Shown here one piece after another: positions 28,991 through 38,130 of a stretch of DNA of 64,000 nt. This DNA comes from Flavobacteriales bacterium. Lineage in GTDB: Bacteria > Bacteroidota > Bacteroidia > M30B66. A program made the translations under genes and the position numbers. Numbering within the stretch: the first letter of the stretch is position 1; every line of letters starts with the position of its first letter. The notes beneath the pieces are model-generated. The model saw only the letters and a list, made by a program, of their open reading frames with translations. It had not been told where the DNA came from and did no database searches. Location of the stretch: assembly GCA_046294625.1 (NCBI GenBank), contig JBKBKN010000002.1, positions 24,250 through 88,249 of the forward strand, read 5' to 3'.

Positions 28991-30286
28991 TTATTTGCCT
29001 TGCTGCATCAATTCTTCGATATGGTCTGCTTCGATGGGAATAGTTTCCATCAAATCTACATTGCCACCTTCGGTGATCAGAATATCATTTTCAATGCGAA
29101 TGCCGAAACCTTCTTCGGGGATGTAAATACCCGGCTCGCAGGTAAACACCATTCCTGCACGCATATCGGCAAATCGAGAGCCTACATCGTGCACATCAAT
29201 ACCTAAGTAATGCGAAGTGCCATGCATGAAATACTTTTTATAAAGTGGATTATCTGGATTTTGTGCTTTCACTTCCTGCGCATCGAGCAAGCCCAGCTTG
29301 ATGAGTTCTTCCTGCATAATTTCACCAACAGCTTTGTGATAAGTGTCAAGGTTATTACCCGGAATCAACATGGCCTTGGCCCGGTATAATACTCTCAATA
29401 CAGCATTATACACATCTTTCTGTCTTGGAGTAAACTTACCGCTAACCGGAATGGTGCGGCTCAAATCGGCACAATAGTTAGCATAATCAGCTCCAAAATC
29501 CATTAATATGAGCTCTCCTGCTTTGCATGGCTGATTGTTGTCATTGTAATGCAAAACATTGGCATTGGCACCTGATGCGATAATAGGCTCGTAGGCATGA
29601 CCGCTGGCACGGTTGCGAATAAACTCATGGATAATTTCAGCTTCGATTTCATATTCATACACACCCGGCTTTACATATGCAAGCACCCGACGAAATGCTT
29701 TTTCGGTTATTTCGCAGGCTTTTCGCATCAAGGCTATTTCAATTGGCGATTTGATCGACCTAAGTTTGTGCATCAGCAAAGATGCGCGCTCATAGGTATG
29801 AAGCGGATAAGCCTGACGAATCTCCTGCGCAAATCTCAATTCATGATAAGGCACATTGGTGTTGGCCCGATCATGATCATTTTGATTGAGATAGATATTT
29901 TTGGCATAAGTAATCAGCACATGCAAAAGACCTCGGAATTGCTCATTCCAAAGCACATGCTCAATACCTGATGCAGACATAGCTTCCTCTTTGGTGTATT
30001 TATGGCCTTCCCAAATGGCAATCTGTTGATTGGTTTTGCGGATAAAAAGGACCTCCCTGTGCGCAGGATTGGGAGCATCAGGAAATAAAATGAGCATGGT
30101 TTGTTCCTGATCTATACCGGTGAGGTAAAACAAGTCAGGGTTTTGGCGAAACTTATAGAGACCGTCTGCGCTACGCGGCATTTCATCGTTTGAAACAAAT
30201 ATAGCGATTGACTCAGGCTTCATCATCCCGACAAATCGTTTTCTGTTTTCAATAAAGAGCCTGTTATCTATTTGATCGTATTTCAT
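28991..30286 (-). CDS. Xaa-Pro aminopeptidase (M24B family, PepP-like).
   Basis: M24 metal-binding signature HGTSHYLGIDVHDVG plus ...DFGADYANYCADLSRT... and ...FTCEPGIY.... Confidence 0.85.
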   Translation of the reverse strand: MKYDQIDNRLFIENRKRFVGMMKPESIAIFVSNDEMPRSADGLYKFRQNPDLFYLTGIDQEQTMLILFPDAPNPAHREVLFIRKTNQQIAIWEGHKYTKEEAMSASGIEHVLWNEQFRGLLHVLITYAKNIYLNQNDHDRANTNVPYHELRFAQEIRQAYPLHTYERASLLMHKLRSIKSPIEIALMRKACEITEKAFRRVLAYVKPGVYEYEIEAEIIHEFIRNRASGHAYEPIIASGANANVLHYNDNNQPCKAGELILMDFGADYANYCADLSRTIPVSGKFTPRQKDVYNAVLRVLYRAKAMLIPGNNLDTYHKAVGEIMQEELIKLGLLDAQEVKAQNPDNPLYKKYFMHGTSHYLGIDVHDVGSRFADMRAGMVFTCEPGIYIPEEGFGIRIENDILITEGGNVDLMETIPIEADHIEELMQQGK

Positions 30287-30391
30287 GGCTGTGTTCTTTT
30301 AATTTGTACCCCTGACTGCATCCTTTTTTATGCCACCGAGGTGAAGTTGTGTATTGAGCTCAAATATACTTCAATGGATTGTTTTTAAAAT

Positions 30392-30802
30392 TCATTTCGT
30401 CTTTTCCTGACAAAGCTCTACGAGCAAGCCGCCTGTGGAGCGCGGGTGCAAAAAGCAAATCAGTTTGTTGTCTGCACCATCTTTAGGCTGCTCATTGAGC
30501 AATTCAAATCCCGCTTCGCGTAAGCGGTTCATTTCTTCATGAATATCTTGTACATCGAAGGCTACATGATGAAAGCCTGGTCCTTTTTTTGCCAAAAACT
30601 TTGCAATTGGACTTTGCTCATTTGTGGCTTGAAGCAACTCTACCTTATTGTTTCCGACTTTAAAAAACAGGGTACTCACCCCTTCCGATTCCACCTTTTC
30701 TTCTTTGTAAGCGGGTGTACCTAAAAGCATTTCAAAAACTTTCGAAGCTTTGTCAAGATCTTCTACCGCAATGCCGAGGTGTTCGATATGATTAAATGAC
30801 AT
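30392..30802 (-). CDS. Methylmalonyl-CoA epimerase (VOC / glyoxalase fold).
   Basis: MSFNHIEHLGIAVEDLDKASKVF...PGFHHVAFDVQDIHEEM...; 136 aa. Confidence 0.8.
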   Translation of the reverse strand: MSFNHIEHLGIAVEDLDKASKVFEMLLGTPAYKEEKVESEGVSTLFFKVGNNKVELLQATNEQSPIAKFLAKKGPGFHHVAFDVQDIHEEMNRLREAGFELLNEQPKDGADNKLICFLHPRSTGGLLVELCQEKTK

Positions 30803-30812
30803 AGACTAACTC

Positions 30813-31295
30813 TTATTTGGCATGTATTGAATCGGCTAGGTCTTTTTCTACGCTCACTCGCGGGGTTTCCACTATTCGGGTCATCTCACGGCCATCTTTC
30901 AGCAAGATTATAGTAGGAACATAGGTGATATTTAATGCTTCAAATCCTGCCACCTTGCTCTTCTTGTCACGATCTACTGCAATAATTCGAATTGACTTAA
31001 ATTTTGCACCTGACTGCTCAATTGTTTTCCATAAAGCCGGGAAATGCATTCGACTGTCTTCGCACCAGGTGCCGATCACTACCACCAAATCAAACTCCGA
31101 TGCATATTGTGCAATGTGCTTCATGGCTTCTGCATCGGGATGATAGTTATTTTGATTTTGCTGCCATTCCGGTGCATCAGAAAGCTGTGCAATAAATGTC
31201 GGGCTTAATTCGCCTTCCAGCACTGTTTCCTGAGCTTTTAGTTTTAAGCAAGCAAAGCTGATTAGGCAGATGATGAAAAAAAGTTTTTTGCTCAT
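30813..31295 (-). CDS. Secreted thioredoxin-like protein with a monothiol CxxS motif (WCEDSR).
   Basis: Signal peptide [22 protein letters not shown]. Thioredoxin-fold context ...[17 protein letters not shown]...[11 protein letters not shown].... The resolving Cys is replaced by Ser. The start overlaps the upstream gene (ATGA). Confidence 0.7.
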   Translation of the reverse strand: MSKKLFFIICLISFACLKLKAQETVLEGELSPTFIAQLSDAPEWQQNQNNYHPDAEAMKHIAQYASEFDLVVVIGTWCEDSRMHFPALWKTIEQSGAKFKSIRIIAVDRDKKSKVAGFEALNITYVPTIILLKDGREMTRIVETPRVSVEKDLADSIHAK

Positions 31296-33427
31296 GCGAT
31301 CTTTGATTTAAGAATGTTCAACAACTTGATGGCTGCATCAGGTATTGATGTGCCGGGACCAAAAATGGCTGCCACGCCGGCCTGATAGAGAAAGTCATAA
31401 TCTTTGGGCGGAATCACTCCACCTGCTATCACAATCACATCTTTCATGCCTATTTTTTCCAGTTCGGCAATCAATGCAGGGATGAGTGTTTTGTGTCCTG
31501 CTGCAAGCGACGAAATGCCCAGGAAATGGACATCATTATCGAGCGCTTGTTGAGCCACTTCTTCGGGGGTTTGAAACAACGGACCAATATCCACATCGAA
31601 GCCCAGATCGGCAAATCCGGTAGCAATTACCTTTGCACCACGATCGTGCCCGTCCTGACCCATTTTAGCTACAAGAATGCGCGGACGACGGCCGCACAAA
31701 GCCGCTATTTCGTCAGATAGTGCCTTGGCTTCATTGATTTGTTTATTGTTTTCCACTGTTTTTGAATAAACTCCTGAAATGGTTCTAATTTGTGCTTTGT
31801 ATCGGCCATATACTTTTTCCATAGCCGAAGATATTTCACCAAGCGTTGCACGCGCTGATGCTGCTTCTACTGCCAGTTCAAGCAAATTTTGCGAAGTATC
31901 GTTGCAGGCAAGTGTAATCTTCTCGAGACATTCATCTACCTTTTTTTGATCCCTACCTGATTTGATTCGCTGCAGACGTTCAATTTGAAGCTGTCTTACA
32001 CGTGTGTTATCCACTTCAAGCGTATCGAGTTGAATATCATTCTCCACTTTGAAGTTATTCACCCCAACGATAATGTCCTCTCCGGCATCTATACGTGCCT
32101 GTTTTTTGGCAGCTGATTCTTCAATCCTCATTTTCGGAATGCCCGTTCCGATTGCCTTAGCCATGCCTCCAAGCGACTCCACTTCTTCAATATGTTTCCA
32201 TGCTTTGGCGGCAAGTTCTTGTGTAAGGTACTCTACATATGCTGAGCCTCCCCAGGGATCTATCGCTTTGGTCACATCAGTTTCATATTGAATGAATAGC
32301 TGAGTATTTCTTGCTATGCGAGCCGAAGCATCGGTTGGAAGGGCAATAGCTTCGTCGAGCGCATTGGTATGCAAGGATTGGGTATGTCCTAAAATAGCCG
32401 CCATCGCTTCGATGCAGGTTCTCGCAACATTGTTATATGGGTCTTGTTCGGTGAGACTCCAACCTGATGTCTGGCAATGCGTGCGAAGCATCAGCGATTT
32501 ATCACTTTTCGGGTCAAACTGCTTCACCAGCTTGGCCCAGAGCATTCTTCCTGCACGCATTTTGGCAATTTCCATGAAGTGATTCATGCCAATGCCCCAA
32601 AAAAATGAAAGTCGTGGTGCAAATTCATCAATGCTTAAGCCGGCTGCTATTCCGGTTTTGATATATTCCAAGCCATCGGCAATCGTGTAAGCCAGCTCAA
32701 TATCGGCCGATGCACCTGCTTCGTGCATGTGATAGCCCGAAATGCTGATGGAGTTGAATTTGGGCATGCGTTTGCTTGTGTAGGCAAAGATGTCAGCGAT
32801 AATGCGCATACTGGCTGCAGGAGGATAAATGTAAGTATTGCGCACCATGAATTCCTTAAGGATATCGTTTTGAATGGTGCCGCTCAATAATGCTTCGTTC
32901 ACCCCTTGCTCCCTTGCCGCTACAATGAAAAAAGCCATAATCGGAATCACAGCGCCATTCATGGTCATCGACACCGACATTTGATCGAGTGGAATGCCAT
33001 CGAAGAGTATTTTCATATCTTCTACACTGTCAATGGCCACACCAGCTTTACCCACATCGCCAATCACACGCTCATGGTCAGAGTCGTAGCCGCGGTGGGT
33101 TGCCAAATCAAATGCCACAGAAAGCCCTTTCTGACCTGCTGCGAGATTTCGTCTGTAAAAAGCATTAGACTCTTCGGCGGTAGAAAATCCTGCATATTGT
33201 CTGATTGTCCAAGGCTTGGTCAAATACATGCTGGTGTATGGCCCGCGCAGATAAGGGGGCAATCCGGCATCAAAAGCCAAATGCCTGATTGTCTTCAAAT
33301 CAGCTTCGCCATAGGCTCCTTCAATGGCAATTCCTTCCGAACTTTGCCATGCTTTGGAGTGTTCCTTCGAAATACTTTTTTCAGGTGAAAAAATATCAAT
33401 GCGCTTAAAATCCGGCTTATTACTCAT
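31292..33427 (-). CDS. Methylmalonyl-CoA mutase large (catalytic, B12-binding) subunit, 711 aa.
   Basis: ...[44 protein letters not shown]... and a C-terminal B12-binding domain ...[30 protein letters not shown]... (DxHxxG). Confidence 0.9.
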   Translation of the reverse strand: MSNKPDFKRIDIFSPEKSISKEHSKAWQSSEGIAIEGAYGEADLKTIRHLAFDAGLPPYLRGPYTSMYLTKPWTIRQYAGFSTAEESNAFYRRNLAAGQKGLSVAFDLATHRGYDSDHERVIGDVGKAGVAIDSVEDMKILFDGIPLDQMSVSMTMNGAVIPIMAFFIVAAREQGVNEALLSGTIQNDILKEFMVRNTYIYPPAASMRIIADIFAYTSKRMPKFNSISISGYHMHEAGASADIELAYTIADGLEYIKTGIAAGLSIDEFAPRLSFFWGIGMNHFMEIAKMRAGRMLWAKLVKQFDPKSDKSLMLRTHCQTSGWSLTEQDPYNNVARTCIEAMAAILGHTQSLHTNALDEAIALPTDASARIARNTQLFIQYETDVTKAIDPWGGSAYVEYLTQELAAKAWKHIEEVESLGGMAKAIGTGIPKMRIEESAAKKQARIDAGEDIIVGVNNFKVENDIQLDTLEVDNTRVRQLQIERLQRIKSGRDQKKVDECLEKITLACNDTSQNLLELAVEAASARATLGEISSAMEKVYGRYKAQIRTISGVYSKTVENNKQINEAKALSDEIAALCGRRPRILVAKMGQDGHDRGAKVIATGFADLGFDVDIGPLFQTPEEVAQQALDNDVHFLGISSLAAGHKTLIPALIAELEKIGMKDVIVIAGGVIPPKDYDFLYQAGVAAIFGPGTSIPDAAIKLLNILKSKIA

Positions 33428-33463
33428 TGCTTTGTCTGAGATGACAAATTAAGGAAATTATTT

Positions 33464-36139
33464 TTAATCAAAATCCAATCGCATCTGACCGTCGTTTCGC
33501 TCTAAATCAATCACCACTTTAACAGGACTTAGGTTTTCGAGCGAGACCGGTTTTGATGAATCGGCTTGTTCCGAATCTTTAGCCTCAGTTTCATCATTGG
33601 GTTCAGCTTCATTCACTACCGGCTTTTCCGGTTCGGGCAATGGCTCAAGTGCATCGACCTGAATCACCGGGTACACGCCTAGTTTTTTCCCTTTAGCCTT
33701 GAATCCTTTTACACCAATGTAGTTCCATATTTTAATTTGCTGCGGTTCTCTTTTAATTTTCCCGGTCGACTCATAGTGAACCTGCACCTGGGGGAATGTA
33801 TCTGAGAATACGTTTAACAAGTGAGTACCAATTGATTCGGGTAAGAACAAATTTTTCTTGTCATTGAGTTCTGCCACAAATCTTTTCACCATCACCTGAC
33901 CTGTTTCGCCATCTTTGTAAATGGCTGTGATTGGTTTCTCAGGAATCCATTTTTCTAAAATGAGTAAATCATCATCGAAATGGTGGCTCAAGTCGGTATT
34001 GTAGAGTTTGTAAAATCCGCTTTCTGTGATGGCCAATATTCGGTCGTCTGCTGCAAACTCACCTAGTAATCTTCCACGCTCATCAGCATTAAGTCGTTTC
34101 ACGGCTTCGTCGTACCAGATTTTTCTCGCGCCAAGGGTGGATAAACCTTTCTCCTTGAGTAAGATTTTACGGATAGGGTTTTTCGTCAGAATGTTTCCTC
34201 CTGCCCCTCTTCCTTTGATTGCAATAGTGGCAAAATCGAAATCGAATGCCGTTTTTTTCAATTTAAGCTTTGGCTTAAGCACGACTTGCAAAGTCTCCGA
34301 TTCCCCATTTGGATTGGCCGACAGATAAATAATTGATGAACCCTTAGTTCCCTTGGTAAGGTCATATTCTTTATCGCGAATCACGCCACCGGCTGCAAAC
34401 CGCTTTACATAATACGGACCTGTTTTACCGTCTTGATAAACCATATTGTAAATGGTTCGGTCATCGTTTTTTCGGAACACACCAATGTGCATCACATCCT
34501 TGCCTACAAAGGTTTTTTCGCTGACTTTGGTCACTAGGAGTTGACCATCAGCCCTGATAACGATAATGTCGTCGATGTCTGAACAATCGCAGACATATTC
34601 GTCTTTTTTCAAGCCATATCCGGCAAATCCTTCTTCACGATTTACATAGAGCTTCTCATTGTTGATCACCACCTTCGACAATTCAATATTGTCAAAAGCT
34701 CTGATTTCTGTTCGGCGCTCACGACCTGGACCATATTTCTTTAGCAATCGCTCATAATAAGCAATGGCATACTCGATGAGGTGCTTAAGATGATGATTAA
34801 CTTCTTCAATTTCATTTTCGAGTGATTTAATCTGCTCATCGGCTTTGAAGCTGTCAAACTTGGAAATTCGCTTGATTTTAATTTCCGTCAGGCTTATGAT
34901 GTCGTCCTGTGTGATTTCTCGTTTGAATTTCTTTTTGTGCGGCTCAAGTCCTTTATCAATAGCCTCTATCACAGCTTCCCATGTCTCGCATTCTTCAATA
35001 TCGCGATAAATGCGTTCTTCAATAAATATTTTCTCTAGCGAAGAAAAATGCCAAGCTTCTTCCAGCTCTTTTTTTTGAATTTCAAGCTCTGCACGCAGCA
35101 GATTAACGGTGTTATCAACCGACATCTGCAATATTTCTGTAACACTAACAAAACGCGGTTTGTCATCTTCAATCACTACGGCATTGGGTGACACAGACAC
35201 TTCGCATGCTGTGACAGCATAGAGCGCATCAATCGTTTTATCAGGTGAAATACCGGGTGCGAGATAGATATTAATTTCTACATGTTCAGCTGTGTTGTCT
35301 TCTATTTTTTTGATTTTAATCTTACCCTTTTCATTGGCCTGTAGAATAGAATCAATCAGCGAACCAGTGGTAGTACCAAATGGGATTTCGGTGATTTGAA
35401 GCGTTTGCTTATCAACTTGGTTGATTCTTGCACGAATGCGCACCTTTCCGCCGCGTTGTCCATCATTGTACTTGCTAAAATCTGCAAGCCCTCCGGTAGC
35501 AAAGTCAGGAAAAATTTCCACTTCCTGATCTTTGAGAATGGCAATACTACCTTCGATAAGTTCAATGAAATTATGTGGTAAAATTTTGCAGGATAGTCCA
35601 ACAGCAATGCCTTCGACACCCTGAGCAAGCAAAAGTGGAAATTTCACCGGTAAGGTTAAGGGCTCCTTGTTTCTGCCATCATAGGAAAGCCCCCAATTGG
35701 TGGTTTTGGGATTAAACAACACTTCGTTGGCAAACTTCGAAAGTCTTGCTTCAATATATCTTGGTGCGGCTGCTCCGTCGCCTGTTAGTATGTTGCCCCA
35801 GTTTCCCTGACAATCAATCAATAAATCCTTCTGTCCCATTTGCACCAGTGCATCACCGATAGATGCATCGCCGTGAGGATGGTATTTCATGGTATGCCCG
35901 ATGATATTGGCCACTTTGTTGTAGCGCCCATCGTCGAGTTCTTTCATGGCATGCAAAATACGGCGCTGAACAGGCTTCAAACCATCTTCAACATAGGGCA
36001 CAGCTCTTTCAAGTATGACATACGATGCATAATCGAGAAACCAATTTTCGTAAAGCCCTGACACGGAACGAACCTTTTCCTGATCGCCCTGCTCGTCACT
36101 TCCTTGTATAGATTCCAGCTCTTCGTGATTTTCTTCCAT
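33464..36139 (-). CDS. parC: DNA topoisomerase IV subunit A (ParC; GyrA-like type IIA topoisomerase subunit).
   Basis: ...WFLDYASYVILERAVPYVEDGLKPVQRRILHAM... (ParC-like Q in KPVQRR); ~890 aa. The track start at 36157 is a TTG, so I used the first ATG at 36139 (MEENHEELE). Confidence 0.8.
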   Translation of the reverse strand: MEENHEELESIQGSDEQGDQEKVRSVSGLYENWFLDYASYVILERAVPYVEDGLKPVQRRILHAMKELDDGRYNKVANIIGHTMKYHPHGDASIGDALVQMGQKDLLIDCQGNWGNILTGDGAAAPRYIEARLSKFANEVLFNPKTTNWGLSYDGRNKEPLTLPVKFPLLLAQGVEGIAVGLSCKILPHNFIELIEGSIAILKDQEVEIFPDFATGGLADFSKYNDGQRGGKVRIRARINQVDKQTLQITEIPFGTTTGSLIDSILQANEKGKIKIKKIEDNTAEHVEINIYLAPGISPDKTIDALYAVTACEVSVSPNAVVIEDDKPRFVSVTEILQMSVDNTVNLLRAELEIQKKELEEAWHFSSLEKIFIEERIYRDIEECETWEAVIEAIDKGLEPHKKKFKREITQDDIISLTEIKIKRISKFDSFKADEQIKSLENEIEEVNHHLKHLIEYAIAYYERLLKKYGPGRERRTEIRAFDNIELSKVVINNEKLYVNREEGFAGYGLKKDEYVCDCSDIDDIIVIRADGQLLVTKVSEKTFVGKDVMHIGVFRKNDDRTIYNMVYQDGKTGPYYVKRFAAGGVIRDKEYDLTKGTKGSSIIYLSANPNGESETLQVVLKPKLKLKKTAFDFDFATIAIKGRGAGGNILTKNPIRKILLKEKGLSTLGARKIWYDEAVKRLNADERGRLLGEFAADDRILAITESGFYKLYNTDLSHHFDDDLLILEKWIPEKPITAIYKDGETGQVMVKRFVAELNDKKNLFLPESIGTHLLNVFSDTFPQVQVHYESTGKIKREPQQIKIWNYIGVKGFKAKGKKLGVYPVIQVDALEPLPEPEKPVVNEAEPNDETEAKDSEQADSSKPVSLENLSPVKVVIDLERNDGQMRLDFD

Positions 36140-36269
36140 GGAAGGCAAAAGTATCAAAAAGGCAGTGTGAAAAGATTAACAAAAGGCCTGAGATATCAAC
36201 AAAATCAAGTGTTTTTATAAAGCCATAAGATGCTGAAAAACTTATCAAAAACCGCTCAACAGTCCAAAA

Positions 36270-37205
36270 TCATTCAATAATCGGAATCATTCCTCTCACG
36301 CCCATATCCACCACCGCATCGCCGGCTGAAGGTTCATAGAAATTATCCCCTGAATTTTCGATCCACTCAAAACTGTTATTGGTCGATAAGGAAACAATAA
36401 TGACAATGTCTTGTGTTTCATCACCTGTAATTTGAAGATTGGTTTGCGTGCCTGTGGCATTAACAAAAAATCCGGTAACTACACACGAGCCCGCAGGGAT
36501 GGGAGAAGTAGAATGCAATGGATTTACCACTGTAGTAGAGCCGGCAGGCGCTTGTCCGGTGATGGTATAATCACCCAGGAAGGGAATGGTCGTTTCAAAA
36601 CCCCAAAAGCCTTGTAGTTTATTGGCATTCACTGTGATATTTTGGTTTTTAATTCGAAATGAATTGATGAAGGTGTTGAAACCGATGAATGAAGCCACTG
36701 TACCTGTACCATGATAGGCGCCGGACTTAAAACGAATATCGTAATTCTGATAAGCCAATGACACACGTAACCACTTATATGTACCAGGAGTTATTTCCTT
36801 GATTGGTTTGCTGTAGAAAACTTCGTTTTGTCCTACCTTTAAAGTTTTGCTAAAATCTATGGCTGTACTACCTCCTTGTTCGGTTTCAACTGCATGATAG
36901 AGTATTTTCCCACTTCCAAGCGGGGTCAAATCGCCCGGAGCCAATTCGATATAATGGGCAGCCATGGTATTAAAGCGGGGTGACTGCGCCCTGTGATTAG
37001 ATGGCATGGAGGAAGGCATACCAATATTGTTTAATCTGGTTTGGGTGGAGTCAAAACGAAATTTCATTATTAATCTGGGACCTTCCGGTAAGGTTTTATC
37101 TTCATCCTTTTTACAGGAAACAAAATTTCCGGCTAATAAAAGTGTAACCGCAAAAATGAATAACACTTTAACTATCTTTCTCTTTGTGTTTTGAATAGCG
37201 TGCAT
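36270..37205 (-). CDS. Lipoprotein of unknown function (311 aa), downstream of and co-oriented with the DtxR-family regulator.
   Basis: The lipobox ...LLLAGNFVSCKKDEDK is read from the sequence. I predict a mostly beta-structure body and could not assign a family. Confidence 0.55.
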   Translation of the reverse strand: MHAIQNTKRKIVKVLFIFAVTLLLAGNFVSCKKDEDKTLPEGPRLIMKFRFDSTQTRLNNIGMPSSMPSNHRAQSPRFNTMAAHYIELAPGDLTPLGSGKILYHAVETEQGGSTAIDFSKTLKVGQNEVFYSKPIKEITPGTYKWLRVSLAYQNYDIRFKSGAYHGTGTVASFIGFNTFINSFRIKNQNITVNANKLQGFWGFETTIPFLGDYTITGQAPAGSTTVVNPLHSTSPIPAGSCVVTGFFVNATGTQTNLQITGDETQDIVIIVSLSTNNSFEWIENSGDNFYEPSAGDAVVDMGVRGMIPIIE

Positions 37206-37312
37206 GAGATTCTTATAATTGAAAAATATTCAGTCGAGTGCGAAATGTATTTTCAAATATAATCATTTTATTTGCATTCAATGGTAACGAAATGTAATGA
37301 ACAGTAGTTAAA

Positions 37313-37975
37313 TCAATGACTCAATTTTTTCACTAACAGTCTTTCACAAACCTTGCTGCTAAATATTTCATGCGTGTGATCGAGATAGCTAAGCGTCATT
37401 GAATCATCAAACAATTCCTTTGCTTTCACTAGAAAAACCAGTCCTAGATTTACATTTCTGCTATTCAGAAATCGTAAAAAATCATCCGATGCATTGGTCA
37501 CTGCTTCGAGTTGGACTTGGTCGCCAATAAGACAGTCGCTCAAACGACTAAGTTCCTTCCAAACTACTTTCCCCTGTTTATCAGGTATTGGTGAACCATG
37601 TGGGTCAATTTTAGGAAAACCCAAAAGGGCATCCATTTTATCGAAAAACTTCGGCGCATCTATGTGCTCGATTTGCTCGGCAATGTTGTGAACTTCGTCC
37701 CACCCAAATCCCATTTTCTCGACTAAATACATCTCGGTAAGTCTATGTTTACGAATAATGAGTGCTGCCTGTTTAGCTCCTTCTTCTGTTAGCTTCAATG
37801 GCTTGTAACTCTCATAATGAACCAAGCCTTTAGCGGCTAGCTTCTTCATCATGCTGGTTACCGTAGGCATTTTTATGTTGAGCCTTTCCGAAAGTTCACT
37901 CACATTCACCTCTCCTGTTTCGTTGGAGAGTGCAAACAGTGCTTTCAGATAATTCTCAACTGCAAGGGAGTTCAT
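37313..37975 (-). CDS. DtxR/MntR-family metal-dependent transcriptional regulator with C-terminal FeoA/SH3-like domain.
   Basis: N-terminal wHTH MNSLAVENYLKALFALSNETGEVNVSELSERLNIKMPTVTSMMKKLAAKGLV..., metal-binding/dimerisation region ...RKHRLTEMYLVEKMGFGWDEVHNIAEQIEHI..., and a C-terminal ~70-aa FeoA-like domain. Confidence 0.8.
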   Translation of the reverse strand: MNSLAVENYLKALFALSNETGEVNVSELSERLNIKMPTVTSMMKKLAAKGLVHYESYKPLKLTEEGAKQAALIIRKHRLTEMYLVEKMGFGWDEVHNIAEQIEHIDAPKFFDKMDALLGFPKIDPHGSPIPDKQGKVVWKELSRLSDCLIGDQVQLEAVTNASDDFLRFLNSRNVNLGLVFLVKAKELFDDSMTLSYLDHTHEIFSSKVCERLLVKKLSH

Positions 37976-38040
37976 TTAGCAAAAATAGTATTTGCAAAAT
38001 AGCTTTAAGGATTTCATTCAAAATATTTGCAAAATAATAT
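37976..38040. promoter_or_regulatory. Divergent promoter region between the regulator and the TonB-dependent receptor, carrying two copies of the near-palindromic 13-mer TATTTGCAAAATA (37989-38001 and 38024-38036). Related TATTTGCA boxes occur at 37269-37276 and around 37978. These are candidate operator sites.
   Basis: Direct reading of the intergenic sequence; no experimental support. Confidence 0.4.
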
Positions 38041-38130
38041 TGTTTGATCTATCTAACTATTTACTTTTGCGAAGTGAAAAAACATCAGTATAGATTTAGA
38101 AATTTCGTTATATTACACTATTTACTGAGC

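Noticed and set aside
29597-29971. Antisense ORFs inside well-supported genes (e.g. 29597-29971 in pepP, 32906-33388 in the mutase gene, 50702-51109 and 51182-51583 in lysA, 55512-55796 in lctP, 34026-34328 in parC).
   Set aside because: They lie opposite strongly conserved coding regions and have no motifs. They are typical shadow ORFs.
38044-38130. Track starts that are TTG codons (38044, 47478, 36157, 60665, 57484, 21494, 19322, 24289), which add N-terminal extensions.
   Set aside because: Each is followed within 3-37 codons by an ATG that begins a recognisable signal peptide or conserved N-terminus. The extensions look like read-through of promoter DNA, so I trimmed to the ATG and noted the lower start confidence.
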